Source: Candidatus Altimarinota bacterium
GTDB taxonomy: Bacteria > Patescibacteriota > Gracilibacteria > UBA1369
Reading direction: 5' to 3'
Length of the DNA: 64,000 nt
Assembly: GCA_963677745.1 (NCBI GenBank)
Contig: OY782391.1
Span: 1,056,001-1,120,000 of the forward strand
Under the pieces are notes generated by a model that did not search any database, had not been told where the DNA came from, and worked only from the letters and a program-made list of their open reading frames with translations. Each line of letters begins with the position of its first letter. Position 1 is the first letter of the stretch. The position numbers and the translations under genes were made by a program. This document shows, one piece after another, positions 30,516 through 40,610 of this stretch.

Positions 30516-31979
30516 ATGCCCAAAGATACCACTTCAGCCTTTGATTTTCTTTTCCGGGAAGGACAAACTCTTTGGGGAACCCAACAGGGCTACCGGGATG
30601 AAATGCAGTACAAGTCGCTGGAGCAGGAAAAGGAGCAGACGGCGCTACTGAAAGACATGATGGAGCGACAAAAAGAAGCTGCTGCTTTGGCACTGCAAGC
30701 CGCCCCGGACCCGACAACACCGGTTAATTTCTCACCATATATTGAGGTTCAGGCACCGTCGGTGGATATTTATGGTCTGGTCGAAGAATTAAGACCGGAA
30801 TTCATGGAGTTGGCCGATGCCCAAAGGGAACTGGGTAAAAAGGTCGGGAAATTGGGTTATCTGGGGCAATGTGTTTTGCAGGAATCATCCGAACAGACCG
30901 ATTTTTTAGAGTCTTTGGATAATCAGGCCCACGTAGCTTATCAGCAGCGGGAAGCGGCTTTGGAAAAAATGGGAGTTGCCATTCTGGAACATCGCGAGAC
31001 CAATCGGCACTTGGATGAAGCCCACTTGCAACGTGAGTTTATTTTATGGAAGATGGATCAGGCACATGAACAAGGAGAAACTGCATTGGAAAAAATGGAC
31101 GAAGCTCATCTGCAACGTGAGACTGCGTTAAATAAAATGGATGAGACTATTGCAGAACACCGTCAATCCAATCGATTAATTAAGGGGCTGAATCGTTCAT
31201 TAGACTTGTCGACGGCGATTTTGGACCGGGACTTAAAGAAAATGAAAAAATCACTGGCCGTCGCACTGGGGGATATTGGGATTGGCATAGAAGGATTAAC
31301 TGATGAAGTAATAAAAACCAGGTTGGCAGTCGTTCAGACTTTGCAGGATTCCCAATCAATTTTTCTCTGGTCGCATCGGGAGCAAATGTGGCAGCGCCAG
31401 CAAACTTTGGATGTTTTACGAAGTCCCCGTCGGACTGCTGCCCGGGAGGCCTGGCAAATCGGGGAGATATGCCGGCAAGCCGGAGACACTGCAGAAGCTT
31501 TAAGAATGTATCTGGAAAGTCTAAGAATCAACCCCAGTGAGGCCAGGAATTATGTTTCCGTCGGTCTGCTGTCTCTGGACCTCGGCGCTGTCGACAAGGC
31601 CAGGACGCAATTTGCACAAGGTGCCCGCTACGCGGGAGAGCCATCTATTAAAGCAACTGCTCTGATGTACTTGGCTAAAGCCGATCTTTTTGAGCAGGAC
31701 TTTTCCAAAGCAAAATCGAGTCTGGAGCTGGCTCTCCAAAGCGATGTCACTAATCTGGAAGTCTGGTTCGATCTGGCAATTTGTGAAATCAAATCCAACA
31801 ATCGTGAAAAAGCCTTGTATTACATCCGCAATTTATTGTTGGTGCCCACACGGGTGAAGGGAAAACGAGCAAGGGCAGCTGCAGAATATGCCTTGAAGAT
31901 AGTCGCTGAAACGGCGTTTCAACCTATCCTGCCTGAGATCAGAGAAATAATGAAAGAAATTATCAATAACTATCGATAA
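30516..31979 (+). CDS. Coiled-coil repeat protein with C-terminal TPRs
   Basis: Repeated AHxQRExALxKMD units; TPRs such as AEALRMYLESLRINP and NLEVWFDLAIC. Confidence 0.75.
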   Translation: MPKDTTSAFDFLFREGQTLWGTQQGYRDEMQYKSLEQEKEQTALLKDMMERQKEAAALALQAAPDPTTPVNFSPYIEVQAPSVDIYGLVEELRPEFMELADAQRELGKKVGKLGYLGQCVLQESSEQTDFLESLDNQAHVAYQQREAALEKMGVAILEHRETNRHLDEAHLQREFILWKMDQAHEQGETALEKMDEAHLQRETALNKMDETIAEHRQSNRLIKGLNRSLDLSTAILDRDLKKMKKSLAVALGDIGIGIEGLTDEVIKTRLAVVQTLQDSQSIFLWSHREQMWQRQQTLDVLRSPRRTAAREAWQIGEICRQAGDTAEALRMYLESLRINPSEARNYVSVGLLSLDLGAVDKARTQFAQGARYAGEPSIKATALMYLAKADLFEQDFSKAKSSLELALQSDVTNLEVWFDLAICEIKSNNREKALYYIRNLLLVPTRVKGKRARAAAEYALKIVAETAFQPILPEIREIMKEIINNYR

Positions 31980-31980
31980 T

Positions 31981-32532
31981 ATGGGAATGGAAAACGATAA
32001 AGATATTTTAGACAGGTACAGCCAGGCCATTACTGCGGTTGAGGAAAACGGTGTAGTTACACTGCATGTGAGACCTGATCTTGTGATTGCCGAAATTAGA
32101 AACAGAATTAATGAACTTTATTCACAAAAAAACGATTTACAACAGCGTAAATTCCTGCTGAAAGTCCAAATAACGGATAAGGATTCAATAATTGAGGCAA
32201 TGCCAGCGGAAAGATTGAATCTGCTCAGGAACAGAAAGCAGGAGTTTCAATTTATAATAGATAATTCTTTCAGAAAATCGGGACAACACCGCTCCGCGGA
32301 CAGGGATTTGCAGCTATGCCGCGAGGAATCACATAATATCTCATTGGTCTCTCACCAACTTGGTTCTCTGAAAACGGATCTTTATAATTATGATTTGGCA
32401 GTAACCACGAAATCACTTTATGAAGAGGAACTGGCCGGTCTCCAACCGGAGATCGACCGCCTGTCCAGGCAAATTGAGGAATATGATGAAGCGATTATCA
32501 AAATCCTGGAAGCTTGTATCAAAGGAGAATGA
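31981..32532 (+). CDS. Coiled-coil hypothetical protein
   Basis: Starts 1 bp after the upstream stop codon; heptad pattern. Confidence 0.7.
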   Translation: MGMENDKDILDRYSQAITAVEENGVVTLHVRPDLVIAEIRNRINELYSQKNDLQQRKFLLKVQITDKDSIIEAMPAERLNLLRNRKQEFQFIIDNSFRKSGQHRSADRDLQLCREESHNISLVSHQLGSLKTDLYNYDLAVTTKSLYEEELAGLQPEIDRLSRQIEEYDEAIIKILEACIKGE

Positions 32533-32622
32533 AGTGGTCAGCAGCAGATGCTTGGCGAAATTGATCGGAAAGGATTTTTAAACTTTTATTTACGGCAAAA
32601 ATAAGTATAAGTTTTAGGTTGT

Positions 32623-33504
32623 ATGGAAGAATTCCCCGTAAAACACAATCCCAGACGGCAATTCTACCTGATCCTGACGGTGGTGGTAATTTTGATGATG
32701 TCTGGCGGGGGATATCTTGCCAAAAAAGTTTGGGGATATCAGAAACAGCCGGTGCCGCCGGCGGTCAGTTTTGCTTCGGTCATTTCAGCCGGGCAAACCG
32801 CAAATCAGGATCAAACTACTTTATTGCAGAATCAGGGAACTTTGCCGCTGGACTCGGCTGCCTCTCCTGAAGTTGCGGCAAAATCAGATCAACCAACTGC
32901 AAACGATGCGCCAACCATCCCCCCCGAATTAAATCTGGAGGTCCCTTTTTACGCTCAGGCGCCTTATGCCAACTGGGATTACCCCTGGCAGGAAGCCTGT
33001 GAGGAAGCCAGTATTCTGCTGGTGGCCGACATCTATTTTGACCGTCAATGGGACCGCCAAACTTTCAATCAGCAAATTCTGGATCTGGTGGAATGGGAGA
33101 AAAAACGATTTGGAGACTACAAACATACTTCGGTGCAGCAGACCTCTGACATGCTGGCGGAATACCTGGAACTGAAAAGCGTCATCCATGAAAATCCCAC
33201 TTTCGAAGATGTTCAAAAAGTATTGGCTCGCGGTCATCTGATCGTGATGACTTTTGACGGAAAAACTCTGGGCAATCCCAATTACAAAAACGGAGGACCG
33301 GTCTACCATGCTATGGTTATCAAGGGGTATAAAGAGGGACAGAAAATTATCACCAACGATGTCGGTACCAGAAACGGTGAGGATTATATTTATGACTGGG
33401 CAACCATCCAAAATTCCCTGCATGATTACAGTGAACCCATGAAAGACGGGGCTAAAAGAATGATCGAAGTTTTACCGCCAGACCTTCAACCCCCGATGCC
33501 ATGA
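32623..33504 (+). CDS. C39-like cysteine peptidase, membrane-anchored
   Basis: VPFYAQAP, ACEEAS, YHAMVIKGY, NDVGT. Confidence 0.85.
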   Translation: MEEFPVKHNPRRQFYLILTVVVILMMSGGGYLAKKVWGYQKQPVPPAVSFASVISAGQTANQDQTTLLQNQGTLPLDSAASPEVAAKSDQPTANDAPTIPPELNLEVPFYAQAPYANWDYPWQEACEEASILLVADIYFDRQWDRQTFNQQILDLVEWEKKRFGDYKHTSVQQTSDMLAEYLELKSVIHENPTFEDVQKVLARGHLIVMTFDGKTLGNPNYKNGGPVYHAMVIKGYKEGQKIITNDVGTRNGEDYIYDWATIQNSLHDYSEPMKDGAKRMIEVLPPDLQPPMP

Positions 33505-34895
33505 CCACCAGCACCACAACTCCTAATCCCTCGCTGACGGTACTGGGCAAAAAAATCGTCTTTTCTACTGCCGTTCAATATGCAGGCAGGGGACTGCAGA
33601 TGCTTTTAGCGGTGGTGGCGCTCAAGCTGATTTCCAATTTTCTGAGTCAGCACGATTACGGAATTTACGGAACCATCACCGAATATTCGCTGTTTTTTTC
33701 GGTGGTCGCCAACCTGGGTATCTTTGCCAACATTGTCCGCCGCATGGCGGACAACCCCCGCGACGGGCGGATTTTCATCAGCGGTTTGGCACTGCGTCTG
33801 ATTAGCGCGGGAATTATTTTTATCATCGGGATTTTTTATCTGCTGCTGTCCGGCAGCGATCCGCTTTTCATCGGTTGCGTGGCCCTGCTGCTGGTTTCTT
33901 TGTTTCTCGATTTTATCACCTCGGTCTGCGACGGAATGCTGCAGGCCAATTATCTAATGGGCAGGGCCACACTGGCTCTGGTCGCCGGCCGCCTGGTTAG
34001 TCTGGCGGGCATTTTTCTGCTCACTGTCCAAACTGCTGCACTGACAGGGATGGGAGCGCCCGCCGACACCGCTTCTCTCCCACCCATCCTGGCTGCGGCA
34101 GGCGCCCCCTCCGCTCTCTTCTGGATCTTCGGAGCTTCCATTGCCGGTTCTCTGGTCACAGCTCTGCTCAGTCTCTACTTTGTGCGCGCCAGAATCGACT
34201 GGAGCTGGAAGGCCGACCCGGAACTGATTAAAAAACTTTTCTGGACCAGTTTCCCGATCGGACTGGTCTCCACCGTCAACCTGCTTTATTTCCGTTTCCT
34301 GCCCGATTATTTTGCCACCTTAAGCCTGACCGAGGAGCAGTTTGCGACCTTTAATATTTCTTTCCGCATTGCCCAGGTGGTCAGTCTGCTGTCCACTTTT
34401 CTAATGTTCTCGGCGCTGCCCGGCCTGCGCGAATACCTGGCACAGAAACACTGGCAGAAAGTCCTGAAACTGCTTCGCAAAATCTGGATATTTCTGGCTG
34501 CCTGCGGGCTGGCACTGGTTGTGTTCGGTTCGCTTTTTGGTGCGCCGCTGATCGAACTTTTGACCCACAAAAAATATTTTCTGCCGGAATTCTGGTTTGT
34601 ACTGCCGCTGATGTTCGTGCTGGCGGCTGTTTCCTACGGTTACGACGTGATTCTGGTGGTGCTGTTTGCCCTGGAGAAAGATTGGTGGCTGTTCAAACGG
34701 GAGCTGCTGGCCCTGACCATCGCACTGCTTTTTTTCGGTGCGGGCTGGCTTATCCCGGCCGCTCTCCCTTCATCTGTTCAGCTCAAACTGCTCCTGATAA
34801 TTATTGGCGCCATCGCCGGTGAGACCACTATGCTGATTCTGGGTGCAATCAAAATAAAAAAGTCACTGGGACTTCTTACTCACGAAAAAAAATAA
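33501..34895 (+). CDS. Oligosaccharide flippase (Wzx/MOP family)
   Basis: About 12 or more TM helices, YGIY...ANLG pattern; ATGA overlap with the upstream gene. Confidence 0.8.
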   Translation: MTTSTTTPNPSLTVLGKKIVFSTAVQYAGRGLQMLLAVVALKLISNFLSQHDYGIYGTITEYSLFFSVVANLGIFANIVRRMADNPRDGRIFISGLALRLISAGIIFIIGIFYLLLSGSDPLFIGCVALLLVSLFLDFITSVCDGMLQANYLMGRATLALVAGRLVSLAGIFLLTVQTAALTGMGAPADTASLPPILAAAGAPSALFWIFGASIAGSLVTALLSLYFVRARIDWSWKADPELIKKLFWTSFPIGLVSTVNLLYFRFLPDYFATLSLTEEQFATFNISFRIAQVVSLLSTFLMFSALPGLREYLAQKHWQKVLKLLRKIWIFLAACGLALVVFGSLFGAPLIELLTHKKYFLPEFWFVLPLMFVLAAVSYGYDVILVVLFALEKDWWLFKRELLALTIALLFFGAGWLIPAALPSSVQLKLLLIIIGAIAGETTMLILGAIKIKKSLGLLTHEKK

Positions 34896-34910
34896 TTTAA
34901 ACAAATAACC

Positions 34911-35207
34911 ATGGTTAAATGCATTCAATGCGGAAAAGAACTGGAAAAGTCTGAAGCCTCCATTTCCGGCAGCCAGCTGGGGGATGAAAACACCGATTCT
35001 TATTATTTATGTCCCGTCTGCGGAGTCTATACTCTGGAACATTATTTTGACGATTTTGACGGCGAGGGGTCCTCTTCCTTCGAAGGGCCGGTCAGCAAAG
35101 AAAAAGGCGACCAGGCCATCAATCTGATCCGCCAGTGCCCTGAACCCTGGGACAAAACCTGCCGCTGCCCGGCCCATCTGAAGTATTGGTCAGGCAATCT
35201 GGACTGA
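34911..35207 (+). CDS. Small Zn-binding protein
   Basis: CIQC, CPVC and C-x6-CRCPAH. Confidence 0.75.
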   Translation: MVKCIQCGKELEKSEASISGSQLGDENTDSYYLCPVCGVYTLEHYFDDFDGEGSSSFEGPVSKEKGDQAINLIRQCPEPWDKTCRCPAHLKYWSGNLD

Positions 35208-35219
35208 CCTGACAAACTC

Positions 35220-35249
35220 AAAAAGAACTGTCCCGCGACAGTTCTTTTT
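35220..35249. terminator. Bidirectional intrinsic terminator
   Basis: AAAAGAACTGTC-CCGC-GACAGTTCTTTT between convergent genes. Confidence 0.85.
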
Positions 35250-35267
35250 ATTAGTTTTTGATTGGAA

Positions 35268-35876
35268 TTACTCCTTGGAAACTTTCTTGGCAGCCTTTTT
35301 TACTTTGGCCTTTTTGACGGGTTCAGCGGCAGCTTTCTCAGCCTTGGCCTCTACTGATGCCTGTTCCTTTTTATTGACGATAATATCCGGAGGTGCCAAA
35401 AGTCTGATCAGTTTATCGAGTTTTGCGTTGAGCATCTCAAACTGTACCGTGTACAAGTCGGCGCCTTTATTTCCACCGTCTCTGCTATCCCGGCTGTCTC
35501 TGTCTCTGTCGCCGTATCCGCTTTCCTTGTGAAAAGAAGGTCTTCCCGAATCCCGGTTGTCCCTGCCGTAGCTGGGTTTGTCGAAATTTCTGCCGCCGGA
35601 TCTGTCGGAGTCACCCTCTCTCTTGAAACAATTGTTGCAGAAAACGGGTTTGTCTCCTGAAGGTCTGAACGGTACTTCGCATTCGTTACCGCATTCATCG
35701 CAAACAGCCGGATGCATGGAGGGTCTGCCTCCATCCCTGCCGCCTCCAAAGCCCCCGCGACCGCCGCCAAAGCTTGGTCTTCCGGAAGGTTTTCCGTAAA
35801 ATTTCTTCCCTCCGCCGCCTCCTCCATCGCGGCTGCCTCCTCCACTGCCGAATCTTTTATTCCTGTTAAATTCCAT
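35268..35876 (-). CDS. CxxC-x17-CxxC domain protein with RGG-rich low complexity
   Basis: MHPAVCDECGNECEVPFRPSGDKPVFCNNCF; C-terminal LNAKLDKLI helix. Confidence 0.9.
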   Translation of the reverse strand: MEFNRNKRFGSGGGSRDGGGGGGKKFYGKPSGRPSFGGGRGGFGGGRDGGRPSMHPAVCDECGNECEVPFRPSGDKPVFCNNCFKREGDSDRSGGRNFDKPSYGRDNRDSGRPSFHKESGYGDRDRDSRDSRDGGNKGADLYTVQFEMLNAKLDKLIRLLAPPDIIVNKKEQASVEAKAEKAAAEPVKKAKVKKAAKKVSKE

Positions 35877-36015
35877 GAAAATGATTTTTTAGCTATTACA
35901 AGGGCAAAAGGTATGCCTATTCTCTGAATTAGGCAATAGCATCTTACTTTTTAAAATGGTTTTGAGAAAAATACCCGAAAAGTCCATAATCGGATAAATC
36001 AATAATCTTACTTGC

Positions 36016-37260
36016 ATGGAAACCAATTTTTCGGGACCAGGACAAATCCCCCCGGATCTTCAGTCGAAGCTGGGCATTCAGGGCAACAGCCAGTTCCCTT
36101 TTGACCCCGAACGGATTAAAAGGAAAGTCAGACTGACGCTGATCACTACTGTGGCCTTTGTAGTCATAATTTTAGGGTTGATGGTCTCATTGATATTTTT
36201 CCCCTACCTGTTTTCCGGGATTTTCGAAATTTTTGATCGCGGGCCCATCAAAGGAGAAATGTTGGACCTCGCTTACTTTCCCTCTGAATCCGCTGGCGGC
36301 CGGGCCTGGATAGTGACCAATCCCTCCTTCAACTATATCCAGACGGTCAGCACTCCCGGCAGTTATTCCGTCAGTTCCGAATGTGTGGGGTGCAAAATCC
36401 GGGTATATATCTTTGATCCGCTGACACAGACTGTACAGACGCAGTGGGACATCCCCATTACAGGCAGACCGCTTGATGTAAATCTCGACCGTCAGCAGGA
36501 TTCTGTTTGGATGTCGGCCCGCCAGACTGATGATTTCGATCCTATCATCTACAAATATGACGCCAAAACGGGAGCGGAATTATTTAATACGAATTCATTC
36601 ATCAAGAATTTTCCGCAATTGACCGCTCCGATCGTGGAATTGATGCAGCTTGAAAATCCCCTGAGATACAATTTAAAACTGGCCGACGGTAAAGAGTTTG
36701 TTTTCGATCCCGGAGAGGGCAAATTGTATGCCGATCAGCAGGAATTCGACAAGTCCCTAAACGGTGAAAAGGAAGCCACCGTGTTCGCACTGGTAAAGGA
36801 ATCCTCCGATCAAAGGAAAAAACTTTTCAGTATCACCGGGCCCGGCAACAAAGTTCTGAATGGAAAATGCGATGCACACGCCAATGACTCTGACACGTTA
36901 AAATTTTTCTGTGCTGCAACCGCAAAACAGCTCAGTGAAGAAATATTTCTGGAACCAATCATCATTTACCAGGACGAACGGCTGGCGGTGATCTTTCATC
37001 AGGACAACCTGGGCAGAAGCGCCCAAAGACAACTAACCGCCTTTGGACTGGACGGAAAGAAACTCTGGACCGTGCCGCAGGACCGGCTTTTTAATGAAAT
37101 TAGATACAGCACGGAAGATCCATTTTCCGGAATTTTCTTTATTAAAGATCATCTTTCCGCGGAAAAGGCCGGCGATGTGTTTGTCTTCAGCGTTGAGGGC
37201 GTAGGGGCTGTTGGCATAAACACGGAGAATGGGGCTGAATTATGGAGGATCAGGCCCTGA
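36016..37260 (+). CDS. Membrane-anchored beta-propeller-like protein (possibly PA2928-like)
   Basis: One TM helix and PQQ-like blades (DAKTGAELF, DGKKLW, NGAELW). Confidence 0.6.
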   Translation: METNFSGPGQIPPDLQSKLGIQGNSQFPFDPERIKRKVRLTLITTVAFVVIILGLMVSLIFFPYLFSGIFEIFDRGPIKGEMLDLAYFPSESAGGRAWIVTNPSFNYIQTVSTPGSYSVSSECVGCKIRVYIFDPLTQTVQTQWDIPITGRPLDVNLDRQQDSVWMSARQTDDFDPIIYKYDAKTGAELFNTNSFIKNFPQLTAPIVELMQLENPLRYNLKLADGKEFVFDPGEGKLYADQQEFDKSLNGEKEATVFALVKESSDQRKKLFSITGPGNKVLNGKCDAHANDSDTLKFFCAATAKQLSEEIFLEPIIIYQDERLAVIFHQDNLGRSAQRQLTAFGLDGKKLWTVPQDRLFNEIRYSTEDPFSGIFFIKDHLSAEKAGDVFVFSVEGVGAVGINTENGAELWRIRP

Positions 37261-37338
37261 TAATGCTTGTAAAGACGGAATGCTTGAAAAAAGCATTTTC
37301 AGGGTTAAATTGGACAGGCAGATATTTAAAATAAATTT

Positions 37339-37857
37339 ATGATCAAACGCACCGCCCTATTGTTTGTCGCTCTGTCCTCCCTTGTCTTTCTGTCCGCCTG
37401 TGGCACCGTAAGCACTCCGGTTGAAAAACAAGATAAACTGACCGTTGTTGAGACTCCCAAAGTTGAAACTCCCAAAATCGAAATCAAAGAAACTGAATCG
37501 GAAGATCAGAACACCGAACAACCGAAAACCGATGACAATGACAAAGTTGCCGTTATTGACGCACCTCTGAAAGACGCCAAAATCACCACGCCGGTCACCG
37601 TCTCGGGGACAGCACCTGCTTTCTGGTTTTTCGAAAATTCCTTTCCCGTACAGGTTCTGGATTCCGCCGGAACGGTATTAGGTTCCGCACAGGCCAATCC
37701 GGACACGGAGAGTATGCCCGAAGGAATGACTGCCTTCCACGCCGAAGTGGAATTTGAAAAGTCAGCTACTCCTACGGGGATTTTGCTATTCAGAGCCGAC
37801 AACCCCTCCGGTTTGCCGGAAAATGAATACAGCGTGAAGGTGCCGGTAACATTCTAG
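37339..37857 (+). CDS. Lipoprotein with Gmad2 Ig-like domain
   Basis: Lipobox LSAC; GTAPAFWFFENSFPV and DNPSGLPE. Confidence 0.85.
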   Translation: MIKRTALLFVALSSLVFLSACGTVSTPVEKQDKLTVVETPKVETPKIEIKETESEDQNTEQPKTDDNDKVAVIDAPLKDAKITTPVTVSGTAPAFWFFENSFPVQVLDSAGTVLGSAQANPDTESMPEGMTAFHAEVEFEKSATPTGILLFRADNPSGLPENEYSVKVPVTF

Positions 37858-37858
37858 G

Positions 37859-38704
37859 ATGGGAAATCTAGACAATACAGCGTTGCCAAAAACTGCCAGT
37901 CAGCGCTTCTGGACGCGCGATTCATCTTTCCTGCTGGCTGGTTTTTTACTGGTGATCATTCTGATCGGTTACTTCTGGTGGCCCTTGGTTGAGGCGATCT
38001 TGAGACGGATTGACTGGAACGGGGACTGGTGGCTGCGACTGGATTGGCTGTTGCTGGGTATTTTTGCCTTCACGTCACTTACCATTGTGGCCCGGGCCGA
38101 CTTCAAAACCGACGCCTTAATCATCTTTGTGGGAATATGCGGCGGCTTGTTCATCGAGGCCTGGGGAACTCAGACCAATTTATGGCATTATTACACTTTG
38201 GAACGGCCGCCCCTCTGGATTATTCCGGCCTGGCCGATTGCCAATTTGTCTATCGACCGGATTACCAGGGCACTGGATTGGATCGTTACAAAGTTCTCCA
38301 AAGTCCACTCCAAAGACAAGCTTCAACGAAATGGAATTTTCAAGGTCGCGTACTGGATCATTTTTGGGGCTTTCCTGATTCTAATGATTTCTTTTGTCGC
38401 ACCGACCTTCGACAAATCTTTCACCATTTTGTCTTTGCTACTTTGCGTGATTATGATTCTCACCCCGACCGACTACCGTCATGTCACCCTGATCTTTATC
38501 GCCGGCTCGGCCCTCGGTTACTTTCTGGAACTATGGGGCACCACCAACCATTGCTGGACCTATTATACTAACCAAACTCCGCCACTCTTCGCCGTTCTGG
38601 CTCACGGCCTGGCCGCCGTGGCTTTCTGGAGGGCGGCACTGGTTTTGAAAATGATCCGGAACAGCGCAGTCGGGCAGTTGGACAAGCTGTTTGCCAAAGT
38701 CTGA
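37859..38704 (+). CDS. Integral membrane protein with internal duplication
   Basis: Two copies of E.WGT...W.YYT...PPL. Confidence 0.7.
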   Translation: MGNLDNTALPKTASQRFWTRDSSFLLAGFLLVIILIGYFWWPLVEAILRRIDWNGDWWLRLDWLLLGIFAFTSLTIVARADFKTDALIIFVGICGGLFIEAWGTQTNLWHYYTLERPPLWIIPAWPIANLSIDRITRALDWIVTKFSKVHSKDKLQRNGIFKVAYWIIFGAFLILMISFVAPTFDKSFTILSLLLCVIMILTPTDYRHVTLIFIAGSALGYFLELWGTTNHCWTYYTNQTPPLFAVLAHGLAAVAFWRAALVLKMIRNSAVGQLDKLFAKV

Positions 38705-38821
38705 ATATTTGCAATCACAATATTATTTTAAATACTGCAAACATTATACAGCAGAGAACTCAAAACAAAATTGGTGGGCGAATAAAAGAGCACGTTCGTG
38801 CGAGTCTTACTTTAACTAAAA

Positions 38822-39241
38822 CTAACGATTGGTTTTAATTGTGTCGGCCACCCTGGGCCACAGGTCCAGCTGTCCCAACAGAAGAGACGCCGACTCCGGT
38901 CTGGGCGGAATCATGCCGTTTAAATAAGCTGCGATAGCCAGAATGGCATATCGATTAATCCTAACCACTCTATAATGACCGTAACCCGCGTCTCCAATTT
39001 CTACTGCGTCCAGGAATGAATCTTTAACTATCTCCAACTGCTCATCGGAGAGTTGCACCGAATCAAGTGCTTCGGGTTTGAGCATTTTTTTAAGGAGTTT
39101 GATTACCATGCCTGCAGCTGTGTTTCTTACTGTATGCAGTTTCTGAAAATCAATATCTCTGTTTTCATAAGGTTCCAATTCGTTTTCCATTTGTACGAAA
39201 AAGTCCCTTAATAACTGAAATTTTGGTGCTTCAAGTCCCAT
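38822..39241 (-). CDS. Hypothetical protein
   Basis: ATG 39241 lies downstream of a TTGACG-16-TATTAT promoter. Confidence 0.6.
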   Translation of the reverse strand: MGLEAPKFQLLRDFFVQMENELEPYENRDIDFQKLHTVRNTAAGMVIKLLKKMLKPEALDSVQLSDEQLEIVKDSFLDAVEIGDAGYGHYRVVRINRYAILAIAAYLNGMIPPRPESASLLLGQLDLWPRVADTIKTNR

Positions 39242-39425
39242 ATTTGTGTAATTAAACTTTAGCCTGCCCCGGCAGGAATAATACGACAAATGCTAAAAAC
39301 GTCAATAAATAGATGACACGCTGATTTAACCTCTAACTAGTTATCATTTTAGGCTATCTCTAGACACTTGACAAAAGTGCAAAAAACAGGTACAACGTTA
39401 TACAAAGATAACTTAAAACACTTGT

Positions 39426-40601
39426 ATGGATTTCCTGAGGATAAATGAACAAATGGAGGGGAAAGTGCATAGGTCAGCCGTCGATTTAACGATCATCCAA
39501 GGTCTTGCGGCCATGACTTTAGCCGTTTCTTCGCTTGTGGCCGCTGTGGGATGTAAAGAAGCCGCAGCCGACAGGGAAAAACCGGCTGAAATCCAAACCC
39601 AGAAACCCTCGGTTTTCAGAAAGGCGGAGAAACTCAAGCAAATTGATCGAAATACCATTCCCGCAAGTCTGGCAGTAAGAATCAAAGGTCAGGGAACAGT
39701 CGAAATCGCGCCTGAAAAATATGATCCCAGTCTTCCCAACTTGTATTTGATCGGTGTTACGCATACTCGTGGAGACAATCAGGCCAAGGGGCTGGACTCA
39801 CAAAAACAGGCCTTAGAAATATTTCACACCTTGTATTCCCTGGGCACTGAGCGACAGATTATGGAAGGAGTTGACCGGAGTAAAGAACTTATTCATGACC
39901 GTCCCCAGCCGGGCTTTAACGAAACTCCCTATGAGGCCATGCCGGTCTATCTGCGTACAGGTAAAATCCATCGTGGTTACGTTGCTGTGGAGGGAATCTA
40001 TGGCTCATCAGTTGAATCACTTGGAGCAGAAGATGAAAAGCTGGAGCTAACATTCAGAAAGAATCCGGTTTTGACAGAATCAAATGAATTAAAAATCACA
40101 GGCGATATTCTTGCGCGATTATGTGACGAATTCAAAGTACCGGTAGAAAAGAGTAAACTGGCAAAAAGGGATTACCGAAGATCCATTGCCGCGCAGATCT
40201 GGAAAGATCATGTTTCCTGTTTACCTGCCGACAAAATTCAGGGACTGATAAACCGGACTGTGCTGGCCAATCAGGAGTATCAGGAATTTAATAAGACAAT
40301 GGCGGCCAGCAGGTTTCACACCTATCAGGGTAGAAACAAGACATTCAGGGATACACTGAAGTCCATTCCAACTAAAGATACCGCTTTTATAGTAGGCGCC
40401 GCCCATATGTCGGGCATTGCAGGTCTGGTCAAGAACTACAATGTTTTTGGAATAAAAACTGATGCTGTGAATTCTCAAAAGCTGCATTACTATCACGAAA
40501 AATTTTCTCTTCAGGAATATCAAAACGATCTGCTTAAATACGATTTGTACCTATACGGCTTGGGAGAAAAACCTGAAAAAACACTTTTTGACGATATTTA
40601 A
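39426..40601 (+). CDS. Putative lipoprotein, TraB/GumN/Tiki-like metalloenzyme fold
   Basis: Lipobox-like AVGC; LYLIGVTH, IMEG, R-N and FIVGAAHMSGI. Confidence 0.55.
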   Translation: MDFLRINEQMEGKVHRSAVDLTIIQGLAAMTLAVSSLVAAVGCKEAAADREKPAEIQTQKPSVFRKAEKLKQIDRNTIPASLAVRIKGQGTVEIAPEKYDPSLPNLYLIGVTHTRGDNQAKGLDSQKQALEIFHTLYSLGTERQIMEGVDRSKELIHDRPQPGFNETPYEAMPVYLRTGKIHRGYVAVEGIYGSSVESLGAEDEKLELTFRKNPVLTESNELKITGDILARLCDEFKVPVEKSKLAKRDYRRSIAAQIWKDHVSCLPADKIQGLINRTVLANQEYQEFNKTMAASRFHTYQGRNKTFRDTLKSIPTKDTAFIVGAAHMSGIAGLVKNYNVFGIKTDAVNSQKLHYYHEKFSLQEYQNDLLKYDLYLYGLGEKPEKTLFDDI

Positions 40602-40610
40602 AAAAACTAT

